Positions 28,060 to 37,454 of a DNA stretch of 64,000 bases are shown here, one piece after another. The stretch spans positions 448,001 through 512,000 of the forward strand of contig OZ244207.1 in the NCBI GenBank assembly GCA_965216875.1, in the 5' to 3' direction. The DNA is from Rubripirellula sp. (GTDB taxonomy: Bacteria > Planctomycetota > Planctomycetia > Pirellulales > Pirellulaceae). The notes below the pieces were generated by a model, which did no database searches, was not told the origin of the DNA, and saw only the letters and a program-made list of their open reading frames with translations. How positions within the stretch are numbered: the first letter of the stretch is position 1; each line of letters starts with the position of its first letter. A program made the translations under genes and the position numbers.

Positions 28060-28459
28060 TAGGATTGTTGGGACGCAGGCAGGCGTGACCAAATGGGCAT
28101 AGGCTTCTATCGATTGTGAGCCTCGGGATTCCATTAAGGCATGGTGTTCCATTGAGGCATGGGGCTCACAATCGCTGGCACCTATTCTCGTTGGTTGCTT
28201 GCGAACTTGAGACGTCGTTCTTGTCTCGTTCATCAAACACAATGATGTGACATTTGGTGCTGGGAAACCAAGCTCGTTATTCCAAAACACAGCGGGGATT
28301 TGCTCATGTCTAATCTCAAATTGAATCACTGTCTCGGAATTGGCATCTATAAAACTTTTGTGTTTATGCGGTTATGACCTTTGTTGTCATCAGAATTCCA
28401 TAGGATGTAATTAACGCAGGCAGGCGTTATCAATGGGGCACAGGCTCTTAGGGTTGTGA
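28060..28459. repeat. Imperfect ~60-bp direct repeat (28060-28119 and 28401-28459) in an AT-richer intergenic region
   Basis: TAGGAT..ACGCAGGCAGGCGT.A.CAA..GGGCA.AGGCT...TTGTGA in both copies, 341 bp apart. Confidence 0.7.
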
Positions 28460-28624
28460 TCGACCCTAAGAGCGTTTTCTCTTCTTTGGGCAACTGTTCT
28501 CGTTGTTAGCCTGCGAGCTCGAGGCATCTTCCTCGCCTCTCTTTTTTCTTCACAGGGAAATCGCCTAATGGCGCATCGCTACTGAGGCGTTTCTCTTACT
28601 TCAATTCTCACTAGGGCACTTATC

Positions 28625-31600
28625 GTGAAAACTTGGAATCGAAACAAGAAACGCAAAACAGACTCCCGCAAACGTCGCAACCGACGCGCGTTGCAATGTC
28701 AATCGCTCGAAAAAAGGGAACTGTTGATTTTTGGTGCTGGGCCAGTTGCTCCTCCTGTCATTACTCATGATCCTGGCGAGTTCTCCGGCGTTGTGCGGCT
28801 CAATGTCGAGCTAACGGGCGGGGGCGTTGGGACCGGTAGCGGTGTTCTTCTCGGTGATGGATTGCATATCCTTACCGCCGCGCACGTGGTCGAAGATGCA
28901 AGCAACGTCAGTGTCACATTCCCAGGTAGCACTGAGGTCGAATTCGACATCGATCTCGCAGATGTCACGTACTCTGCTCACGGGCACAACGCAACCAATC
29001 CCTACCGGGACGGCAACCGAAATGACTACGCTGTTTTTCCTCTGCCCTCAGCAGCTCCAGCGTTGGCGAACCGATACCAGTTTTATACTGATTCGTTAGT
29101 CGGGAATGACATCGATATCGCCGGATATGGTCTGGCGGGTACCGTTACCTCTTCCACTGTGCTGCCCTCAGGTGATTTGCGTTCGACGCAAAACACAATC
29201 GCCTTTGTGAATACCGATGGGACTGAGTTTCAGGTGGATGTTGACCACGCGTCGTATAATCCTCCGGCAAATGCTCCCTTCTCAGGATTCTCCGAAATTG
29301 ATGCGGGGATGCGATTCACGCTTGAACCGTCGGGTTATCGATTCTCTGATTCGCTTCCGGGCCTTGGCGCTTCCGAAGGCGCGTCTGGAGCAGGGGACTC
29401 CGGCGGGCCAGCATTGGTCAACGGGGAAATCGCAGGAATCGTGCTGGGGATTGTTCCAGCAGGCAACCCCCATCCCGGGAAAGTCTTAACGTTTTCGACA
29501 GGCGCCGACATGAGAAGCACTGCTCAAGAATTGATGCGTTCGTCGGCGCAACAAACGATTGTGCTCGATATGAACAAGCAAACTGAGGGAAACGACAACA
29601 TCCTTGACGAGATCGTAATCCAGCAATCAACAGTTTTTGGCCCTGACCCACATGGGATGGTAATACTTGTCAACGGGAACGAAGCCTACCGTTCGCCCGC
29701 ATTCGACGGTGACATGCCAAAGATCCATATCATTGGATCAGGTGACGCGGAACTCGTCCGAGTTGAGCATGATGGCCCGGTGCCTGTGTCTCATGGCCTT
29801 GCATCAAGTCCGTTCGAAATTGACTGGGGCGGTGGCGATAAGCACCTCGATCGTTGGACGAATCCATACAATCGTTACGACGTAAACGCCAATGGAATTG
29901 TCTCGCCCAACGATGCGCTTGCGACCATCAATTTCTTGGCTAGCGCAATTGACGGCTCCTACGTCCCAGCAGATGGCGAGACTCACCATTCCGGCTACAA
30001 CGATGTCAACGAAGACAATATCATCACTCCGCTCGATGCGTTGCACGTGATCAATCAACTTGCCCGCCTCCAAAACGGATCGGGCGGTGAGGGAGAAGAG
30101 GCGGCACAGAGCATTGACTTAGGAGAGGTCGGCTTTCTACGAATCACTAACCAATCGATTGCTGGCCAGGCCTACTATGAACTCGTCGCCGCCAACACCG
30201 GCACTTTGACCGTTAGCTCAATGCAAGATGGTGGAGGGCTGCCGCCGGAGCTTGAGATTTTCGCTGGAGCGATTTCAATCGGTGAAAGCACGAGCTGGAT
30301 CAGCCCAACAGTGACTGTCGATGTTGTCGCAGGAGAACGCTACATCGTGGTTGCCGATGGGTCTGGAATCGCCGATCTCGTCTTCAGCAACCAGATTGCT
30401 CAGGAGAACTTCGCCTTGGGTAACGTGAACCTTGGTGTTGCGGTCGACGACTTTGCAACTGGGACTGGGTTCATCATGTACAGCGAAGAGAGCACGCATA
30501 CACGGTTCTCCAACACGTTTGTCGGCAACTCGGATCACTTGCTTGCTGTGCGTTTTGAAGGCGGCCGCTGGAAGTACAACGCTAACGGAGGGACTTGGTA
30601 CAACTTCACACCCGAATCGACTGATCGACTGATTGCCGCCGTCGACTTTAGCGGCGACAAGATCGAGTCGCTTGCAGGTGTAAGTGGTACCTTCGAAGGG
30701 ATCCAGCAAGGTTTCCAATCGGGTGACCTGACCTTTACCGCGAATCATTGGAATGGCGGCTTCAATGATGGTGAATTCACGATCGGTGGGACATCATTCA
30801 CCGCGGACGCTTCCTCCGTTCATAGCATTGGCGCGATCAATCATGGAATTGCGGTCGTCGATACGTTGACAGGCACGGGTTACGTGATGTTCAGCGAGGA
30901 AAACCTGTTCACGCGATTCGGCGCAAGCGGTCCGTACATCGACAACAGTGACCATCTGATCGGTGTGCGCTACTTCGATGATCAATGGCACTATGACAAC
31001 AACAACAGCAACGAGGGTTGGGTGCCCTTTGGTACGGTTGATTCGGATCGCCTGATTGCCAGTCTCGATTTTGGCGCCGACACGATCACCTCGTTGCAGG
31101 GCAGCACCGGCAGTGTCTTTGGGATCAAGCAGGGATTCGATTCCGCGGACATGAGGTTCCACGCCGACTACTTCAACGGCACGACCAATGACGGTGACTT
31201 TACAATCGAGGGAACCTATTTCGTTACGGGAGCCTCATCGAGCCATCGCGATCTCGGCTCGGTGGCCCAGGGCGTTGCGGTAGCCGATGGCGAGACGGGA
31301 ACCGGCTACTTCATGCATAGCCATGAAAGCGTGTTCTCGCGTTTTGCGGCAAGTCCTCCGCATGCTGACAACAGCGAGCATGTGATTGCCGTTCGCAATG
31401 AAAACGGTCAATGGCAATACAACGATGACTCCGTTTGGAACGACTTCGATCCTGTACCAAGTGATCGGCTTCTCGCATCAGCCGACTTCCTTGCCGACAC
31501 CATTGAGTCGTTGCAAGGAACGTCGGGACGCATACACGGAATCGAACAGGGCTATGAATCGGGCGATCTCGAGTTCGAAGCCAATCAATTTGGAAGCTTG

Positions 31601-32059
31601 GGCGACGTCGGCGAATTCAAAATCACCGGCACAACGTTTACCGTCCCAACAACGGCCTCCAAGTCACTTGGCCCGGTCAACAGTGGCGTTGCCATTGATG
31701 ACTTTGCGACGGGGTCGGCGTACATCATGTACACCGCGACGAGTGTGCACACGCGTTTCCCCCTCACTCACAATCACAACAGTGACCACCTCGTCGCCGT
31801 CAGGTTCGAGAACGGTCAATGGAAGTTCAATGCCAATGGAGCGACTTGGTACAGCTTTACGCCTTTGGCAACCGACCGGCTGATTGCTGAGATTGACATG
31901 ACGGCCGACACAATCGAGTCGCTCCAGGGTGCCAGCGGCACTTACGAAGGGATCCAGCAAGGGTTCCGTTCGGGTGACTTGACGTTTGCAGCGAACCAGT
32001 GGGCCGGTGGTGCAAACAATGGTGAATTCACTGTGTCGGGAACCCACTTCTCGGTTTGA
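28625..32059 (+). CDS. Planctomycete extracellular trypsin-like serine protease with dockerin and four ~140-aa C-terminal repeats
   Basis: Basic leader with QSLEKRELL; LTAAH / NDYA / GDSGGP catalytic triad; dockerin-like DVNANGIVSPNDAL...DVNEDNIITPLDAL; repeats begin at about 30416, 30827, 31253 and 31667. Confidence 0.85.
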   Translation: MKTWNRNKKRKTDSRKRRNRRALQCQSLEKRELLIFGAGPVAPPVITHDPGEFSGVVRLNVELTGGGVGTGSGVLLGDGLHILTAAHVVEDASNVSVTFPGSTEVEFDIDLADVTYSAHGHNATNPYRDGNRNDYAVFPLPSAAPALANRYQFYTDSLVGNDIDIAGYGLAGTVTSSTVLPSGDLRSTQNTIAFVNTDGTEFQVDVDHASYNPPANAPFSGFSEIDAGMRFTLEPSGYRFSDSLPGLGASEGASGAGDSGGPALVNGEIAGIVLGIVPAGNPHPGKVLTFSTGADMRSTAQELMRSSAQQTIVLDMNKQTEGNDNILDEIVIQQSTVFGPDPHGMVILVNGNEAYRSPAFDGDMPKIHIIGSGDAELVRVEHDGPVPVSHGLASSPFEIDWGGGDKHLDRWTNPYNRYDVNANGIVSPNDALATINFLASAIDGSYVPADGETHHSGYNDVNEDNIITPLDALHVINQLARLQNGSGGEGEEAAQSIDLGEVGFLRITNQSIAGQAYYELVAANTGTLTVSSMQDGGGLPPELEIFAGAISIGESTSWISPTVTVDVVAGERYIVVADGSGIADLVFSNQIAQENFALGNVNLGVAVDDFATGTGFIMYSEESTHTRFSNTFVGNSDHLLAVRFEGGRWKYNANGGTWYNFTPESTDRLIAAVDFSGDKIESLAGVSGTFEGIQQGFQSGDLTFTANHWNGGFNDGEFTIGGTSFTADASSVHSIGAINHGIAVVDTLTGTGYVMFSEENLFTRFGASGPYIDNSDHLIGVRYFDDQWHYDNNNSNEGWVPFGTVDSDRLIASLDFGADTITSLQGSTGSVFGIKQGFDSADMRFHADYFNGTTNDGDFTIEGTYFVTGASSSHRDLGSVAQGVAVADGETGTGYFMHSHESVFSRFAASPPHADNSEHVIAVRNENGQWQYNDDSVWNDFDPVPSDRLLASADFLADTIESLQGTSGRIHGIEQGYESGDLEFEANQFGSLGDVGEFKITGTTFTVPTTASKSLGPVNSGVAIDDFATGSAYIMYTATSVHTRFPLTHNHNSDHLVAVRFENGQWKFNANGATWYSFTPLATDRLIAEIDMTADTIESLQGASGTYEGIQQGFRSGDLTFAANQWAGGANNGEFTVSGTHFSV

Positions 32060-32146
32060 GGAGTCTAGGCGACCCTGAGACGTCTAGGCGACCTTGAGGA
32101 ATGAAGTTCACGCGCGGAGCTGGCGACTGTGTCAGCTCCGCGTTTT

Positions 32147-33586
32147 TTATTTCAAGAGTGCTTTGATTTTGGCGTGGATTTCGTCGGCTGTTTCTTTGCC
32201 GGCTCCCGTTTTGACTAATTGCACAACGCCTTGCCCGTCAATCAGCACGACGTGTGGGATTCCGCTGACGCCATACTCGCTCGCCATCTTGCTTTCTTTG
32301 GGGGCAACGAAGACGGGATGCTCGAGTTTGTGATGCTTGAGGAATTTTTGCAGCGCCACCTGTTCGTCCCACTGGCCGACCTCTTCTTTGGATCTTTGCG
32401 GACGCTCGGCCTCTTCGTCCCAGGTCATCGAGTAATAGCTTGTGACACCAACAATTTCGAAGTCTTTGTCACCAAACTCTTCTCGCCACTCGCGCAGGTG
32501 AGGGAAAGTCGCGATGCAGGGGCCGCACCACATTGCCCAGAAATCGAGTAGCACGACTTTGCCCTTGAACGATTCTTGCTTTGCGTCAGGTCCGCTCACC
32601 CAAGCGTCGATGTCCCATTTCGGTGCCGGTTTGCCGACGAGTGTTTCTGCGGGCTTGGCTGCTTGCATCCGTTCTTTGTGCAACTCGATGCGACGCAAGG
32701 TTGCATCGACACTGCGGTTGCTGGCAGCAAACGGTTGAAGCTTTTTCGACACCAACTCAATACGTTCTTTGTTCTTCTCGGGGTCATCTTGGCCCAAAAA
32801 CACGATCATCTCGAGTTGTACTTCGGCATAATCGTTTTGCAACGTTTGAGACTCGGGAAACCGAGTGATCGCAGCTTCGACGACTTTTTCAAGTGACGCC
32901 ACCGACGCCTCACGCCAGGGATCGTTGCCCAAGTCGTTGGTGACGAGCGCCTTGAGCATGCGGACATGAGCGATCGCGGTTTGCTCATTTGCGTTTTCGG
33001 AATTGTTGATCTCGGCAAGCTGCTTGAGTTGATTCTCGATGATCTGCTTTGCCCCCTCGGTATCGTCGTCGTCGACCAAGTGATGCGCATGCATGACAGC
33101 CAACTGCGAAACCGGCATCATTGCTTGAAGTTCGTCGTCGGGACCGGCTTCAAGCAGGGCTTCGAGCGACCGCATGACGGCTTCGCGAAACGCTTTGCGA
33201 TGTCCGCTTTCGCTGGTCAGGTCCTTCAGGCTTTCGATGGTCATCAGGACGCCGAACCGATTTTCCGTCGCATCGAGATGCGAGAGTTGGAAATCGAGCA
33301 GCTTTTCAAATTGCTCCACCGCTTTCTGGTCTTGGCCGTCTTCGGCCAACCAGGTCGCCAGACTGTGCCGCAACACATTCATGTCGATCGAGTCGGGGGC
33401 GGCTGCGATTTTTTCTTCGAGGTACTCGGCAGCCTTGTCCAGATTGTCGGCCTTCCGCTCGCGGAGTTCGCGGTAGGTTTGGCGAAAGTCGTCGGCGCCG
33501 ACCGGGTGGACGGCGGAGATGATCCAGCCGGCGACGATCACGGCGAGCATCAGGTATCCCGAAGCAACAGGCGATTTTCGATTCAT
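32147..33586 (-). CDS. TlpA/ResA-family thiol-disulfide oxidoreductase with N-terminal helical/TPR region
   Basis: Signal peptide; GKVVLLDFWAMWCGPC; YGVSGIPHVVLID. Confidence 0.88.
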   Translation of the reverse strand: MNRKSPVASGYLMLAVIVAGWIISAVHPVGADDFRQTYRELRERKADNLDKAAEYLEEKIAAAPDSIDMNVLRHSLATWLAEDGQDQKAVEQFEKLLDFQLSHLDATENRFGVLMTIESLKDLTSESGHRKAFREAVMRSLEALLEAGPDDELQAMMPVSQLAVMHAHHLVDDDDTEGAKQIIENQLKQLAEINNSENANEQTAIAHVRMLKALVTNDLGNDPWREASVASLEKVVEAAITRFPESQTLQNDYAEVQLEMIVFLGQDDPEKNKERIELVSKKLQPFAASNRSVDATLRRIELHKERMQAAKPAETLVGKPAPKWDIDAWVSGPDAKQESFKGKVVLLDFWAMWCGPCIATFPHLREWREEFGDKDFEIVGVTSYYSMTWDEEAERPQRSKEEVGQWDEQVALQKFLKHHKLEHPVFVAPKESKMASEYGVSGIPHVVLIDGQGVVQLVKTGAGKETADEIHAKIKALLK

Positions 33587-33757
33587 GGCGGCGATGGCGT
33601 GGTTTGGAGCGGATCGAAAAAGTGATCAAATCTGGTCCCGTTATTGAAAACGGCCTTCGGTGGTAAGCTTATCACCTTCCCAATGCAAAGGCGAAACTGC
33701 GTCGCCCAAGACCGCCATCGTGTTCGTGCGGCAAACATCATGTTGGAGACTCATTCG

Positions 33758-34630
33758 ATGCCCAAAATGGTCCGCGGAGCCCTGATTCAAGCCACACTTT
33801 GCGAGCCGGCCGATTCCGCCGTTGATCGGATCAAACAAGCGATGATCGACAAACACGTCGACTTGATCGCTCAAGCAGCCGACCAGGGGGCTCAGATCTG
33901 TTGTTTGCAGGAGCTGTTTTACGGCCCCTATTTTCCGGCAGAGCAAAATGAGAAGTGGTACTCGATGGTCGAACGTGTCCCCGACGGGCCGACGATTCGA
34001 CTCATGACCGAGTTGGCGAAAAAACACCAGATGGTGATGATCGTTCCGGTCTACGAAGAAGAGATGACAGGGCTGTACTACAACACGGCCGCCGTGATTG
34101 ATGCCGACGGAACGTTTTTGGGCAAGTTCCGAAAGATGCACCTGCCGCACTGCAACCCTGGCTTCTGGGAGAAGTTCTATTTCCGCCCTGGCAACCTCGG
34201 CTACCCCGTCTTTGAAACTCAGGTTGGCAAGGTCGGCGTCTACATTTGCTATGACCGACACTTTCCCGAGGGCGCTCGGTGCCTAGGACTCAATGGCGCC
34301 GAAATGGTTTTCAATCCCAGTGCGACGGTTGCGGGTCTGAGCGAATACCTTTGGAAGCTCGAGCAGCCCGCCCACGCCGTGGCGAATCAGTACTTTGTTG
34401 GTGCGATCAACCGCCCTGGCACCGAAGGGCCATGGAACATCGGCGAGTTCTATGGACAAAGCTATTTTTGCGATCCACGCGGACACCTGTTCGCGCAAAC
34501 CGACAAACGCACTGAAGATGCGATCGTGATTGGCGACATGGACCTGGAGATGATTCGGGAAGTGCGAAACATTTGGCAGTTCTACCGTGATCGGCGACCA
34601 GAATCGTACCAGGAAGTCACCCAACCGTAG
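33758..34630 (+). CDS. Beta-ureidopropionase (nitrilase superfamily)
   Basis: Glu-Lys-Cys triad: CLQELF, FRKMHLP, ICYDRHFPE; FWEKFYFRPG; operon context; GGAG RBS. Confidence 0.85.
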   Translation: MPKMVRGALIQATLCEPADSAVDRIKQAMIDKHVDLIAQAADQGAQICCLQELFYGPYFPAEQNEKWYSMVERVPDGPTIRLMTELAKKHQMVMIVPVYEEEMTGLYYNTAAVIDADGTFLGKFRKMHLPHCNPGFWEKFYFRPGNLGYPVFETQVGKVGVYICYDRHFPEGARCLGLNGAEMVFNPSATVAGLSEYLWKLEQPAHAVANQYFVGAINRPGTEGPWNIGEFYGQSYFCDPRGHLFAQTDKRTEDAIVIGDMDLEMIREVRNIWQFYRDRRPESYQEVTQP

Positions 34631-34633
34631 CCG

Positions 34634-36109
34634 ATGTCGCAAAACGAAGAAATCATCTACGGTCTCGACGACCGGCCTCCACTTGGCAAAGCATCGGTGT
34701 TGGGACTGCAACATGTGCTGACCATGTTTGGTTCGACCGTTGTGGTGCCAACGCTGCTTGGTCCGCCGATGGGGATGGATACGGCGGCGATCGCGCTGTT
34801 GATTTCAAGTGTGATGCTTTGCGCCGGCGTCGCGACGTTGATCCAGTCGACGTTTGGCTCGCGTCTGCCGATCATCCAGGGCATTAGCTTTTCGTTTCTG
34901 CCCGCCTTCTTCATGATCATTGCGACGATCCATCCCGAAGGCGAGACGGTGACACCCGGAACGGCGATGCCCTACATCGCCGGCGCGGTGTTGGTCGGCG
35001 CCATGTTGGAAATCGTTGTCGGGTTCAGCGGTTTGATGGGATTGGTACGTCGCGTCCTTTCGCCCGTGGTGGTTGGCCCGGTCATCACCCTGATTGGGCT
35101 CTCGCTTTATCAAGCCGGTGCGCCCATCGCCGCGTCGTATTGGCCAATTGCGATCCTCACGATCGCGTTGATCGTTCTGTTCTCGTTCATCTTGTCGAAG
35201 CACCACGATCTGTTTCGAATGTTTCCGATGCTGCTGGCGATCCTCGTCTCGGTTGCCGTGTGCGCATTGCTTTCGATGGTCGGTGTGTTTGGTGATGATC
35301 ATCCAGCCAAGCCCAACATGGAAGCGTTTCATCAGGCTTCGTGGGTGCGGACAAGCGACGTGATCTTTCCTTGGGGATTGCCCAAGTTTCAGCTTGGATT
35401 CGTCGTTGCCGTCATCGCGGGTTACCTCGCGTCGATGATCGAGAGTTTTGGCGACTACCACGCCTGCAAACAGATGGCGGGCGGCGGTGACCCGACCGAA
35501 GGTGAGATCTCTCGCGGAATCGGGTGCGAGGGAATTGGTTGTGCGCTGACGAGCGTGTTTGGCGGATTCAGTTCCACGTCGTATTCGGAAAACGTTGGCT
35601 TGATCGGGCTGACCAAAGTCGGCTCACGCTACGTCGTTCAAATCGGTTCGGTGATGTTGATCCTGCTTGGACTGTTGGGCAAGTTTGGTGCGTTGGCCGC
35701 GGCGATTCCGACACCCGTCGTGGGTGGCCTTTATTGTGCAATGTTCGGATTGATATCCGCGGTGGGGATTCGCCAATTTGCCCGCGCCGACCTGGCCAGC
35801 GATCGAAACCTTTTCATTGGCGGGTTCGCGCTTTTCATGGGGATCAGTGTTCCGTATTACTTTGAAAACGGCGGCTCCGATGCGGTCTCGGCGTTTTTCT
35901 ACGCGGGTGTCGACGACGTGATCAATGCAATTGGTCAAACGGGAATGGCGGTCGCCGCAATCCTGGGCATCGCACTCGACAATATGATCCCCGCAACGCG
36001 TCAAGAACGCGGCTTGGCGCCACTTACCAATGCCCCACTCGGTGGTACTCTAGAAGGAGTGGAGCAGGTGAAATCGTCCCCCACTGATGGCGATTCGCCC
36101 TCCGCCTGA
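34634..36109 (+). CDS. NCS2/NAT family uracil-xanthine permease
   Basis: QH motif (GLQHVLTMF), GSRLPIIQG, NAT signature ENVGLIGLTKVGSRYV, many TM segments. Confidence 0.9.
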   Translation: MSQNEEIIYGLDDRPPLGKASVLGLQHVLTMFGSTVVVPTLLGPPMGMDTAAIALLISSVMLCAGVATLIQSTFGSRLPIIQGISFSFLPAFFMIIATIHPEGETVTPGTAMPYIAGAVLVGAMLEIVVGFSGLMGLVRRVLSPVVVGPVITLIGLSLYQAGAPIAASYWPIAILTIALIVLFSFILSKHHDLFRMFPMLLAILVSVAVCALLSMVGVFGDDHPAKPNMEAFHQASWVRTSDVIFPWGLPKFQLGFVVAVIAGYLASMIESFGDYHACKQMAGGGDPTEGEISRGIGCEGIGCALTSVFGGFSSTSYSENVGLIGLTKVGSRYVVQIGSVMLILLGLLGKFGALAAAIPTPVVGGLYCAMFGLISAVGIRQFARADLASDRNLFIGGFALFMGISVPYYFENGGSDAVSAFFYAGVDDVINAIGQTGMAVAAILGIALDNMIPATRQERGLAPLTNAPLGGTLEGVEQVKSSPTDGDSPSA

Positions 36110-36314
36110 GGCTGATCTGCCGGGGTCAAAAAGCGAGTGGAATCGGCGAAAACCGGTGCCACCAACCGCTCAGCCCAAAAAAGTACCGATGGGGTGCAGA
36201 ATTTGGGCTGGGAAGGCCCCTGTGTCGGTTCGGTCCCATCGACGAGACGAGTCGCGGCATCGAGAATGCTCGTTGATTGCTTCCCGCAAGAGTTCCGCCA
36301 CAGACAGTTTGAAT

Positions 36315-37454
36315 ATGCCGACGCTGGAAACGACGATCAACGGGATCAAGTTCCCGAACCCTTTTGTCATCGCCTCCGGACCTCCGGGAACCAATGCGCG
36401 CGTGATTTGCCGATCGTTTGCCGACGGATGGGGAGCCTCGTCGGCCAAAACGGTCAGTCTGGATGCTTCCAAGATCGTCAATGTTGCTCCGCGGTACGGC
36501 CGGCTTCGAGACTCATCGGGCGAGGTCTACGGCTGGGAGAACATCGAATTGATCTCGACGATGCCGCTCGAACAATGGCTCGACGAGTACAGGCGGATCA
36601 AAGACGCCTACCCTGATCGTGTCCTGATTGCATCGATCATGGAGGAGTACAACAAGGACGCTTGGTTCGAGATCATCGGTCGCTGCGAAGAAGCGGGCGT
36701 CGACATGCTTGAATGCAACTTTTCGTGCCCCCATGGACTGCCCGAACGAAAGATGGGCGCCGCGATGGGCGAGAGCCCCGAGATCCTCGCCGAAGTCTGT
36801 TCGTGGGTTCGCGAGGCAGCGACCAAACCGGTATGGGCCAAGATGACACCGAACGTGACCCACATCGAGGATCCATCGCGAGCAGCCCTGGACGCAGGGC
36901 TTGATGGTATCTCGGCGATCAACACGATTCGATCGGTGATCGGAGTCGATCTCGAGACGCTGCGTCCGCTGCCAACCGTCGAAGGTTACTCCACCGCCGG
37001 AGGTTATTCTTCCAAGGCGGTCAAACCGATCTCACTGCGGATGACCATGGAAATCGCAAAGCTGATTCGCAGCGAGTTTCCTGGACGATCGCTATCGGGT
37101 ATTGGCGGTATCGAAACCGGCGAAGACGCTGCCGAGTTTATTTTGCTTGGCGCCGATTGCGTGCAAGTTTGCACGGCCGTGATGAAGCATGGCTACAAGA
37201 TCGTGCAAAAGATGTCGGACCAACTGCTTGCCTTCATGGACAAACATGGCTTCGAAACCATTGACGACTTCAAAGGCAAAGCCCTTCCTTACTTCACAAC
37301 ACATTCGGATTTGGTCCAGCGACAAGCAGCCGCAAAGGCTGCCAAGCAAGCGAAACGAAATGGCGCCGTGATTGCGGATGAAAACGTGACAGCGGATGAA
37401 AACTGGGACGGCGACGAGTTTGTGAATCAATCCAACCAACTCGCAGGGAATTGA
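36315..37454 (+). CDS. preA: Dihydropyrimidine dehydrogenase, FMN subunit only (PreA / plant PYD1-like)
   Basis: NPFVIASGPP, GWENIELIS, NFSCPHG, WAKMTPN, SAINT, GIGG, QVCT; no C-terminal 4Fe-4S motif. Confidence 0.88.
   Translation: MPTLETTINGIKFPNPFVIASGPPGTNARVICRSFADGWGASSAKTVSLDASKIVNVAPRYGRLRDSSGEVYGWENIELISTMPLEQWLDEYRRIKDAYPDRVLIASIMEEYNKDAWFEIIGRCEEAGVDMLECNFSCPHGLPERKMGAAMGESPEILAEVCSWVREAATKPVWAKMTPNVTHIEDPSRAALDAGLDGISAINTIRSVIGVDLETLRPLPTVEGYSTAGGYSSKAVKPISLRMTMEIAKLIRSEFPGRSLSGIGGIETGEDAAEFILLGADCVQVCTAVMKHGYKIVQKMSDQLLAFMDKHGFETIDDFKGKALPYFTTHSDLVQRQAAAKAAKQAKRNGAVIADENVTADENWDGDEFVNQSNQLAGN

Noticed and set aside
28040..28130. c-di-GMP-I riboswitch suggested by GGGACGCA
   Set aside because: The upstream GGCAAA / GNRA stem and downstream consensus are missing; an Rfam search would be needed.
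27754..28329. 191-aa minus-strand ORF in the AT-richer gap
   Set aside because: It overlaps the end of the PVC-type gene and has no recognisable motif or clear RBS.
36087..36314. N-terminal extension of the DPD or a hidden small ferredoxin in the permease-preA gap
   Set aside because: The in-frame extension is low-complexity without Fe-S motifs, homology starts at MPTLETT, and no Cys-motif ORF is visible in the gap.
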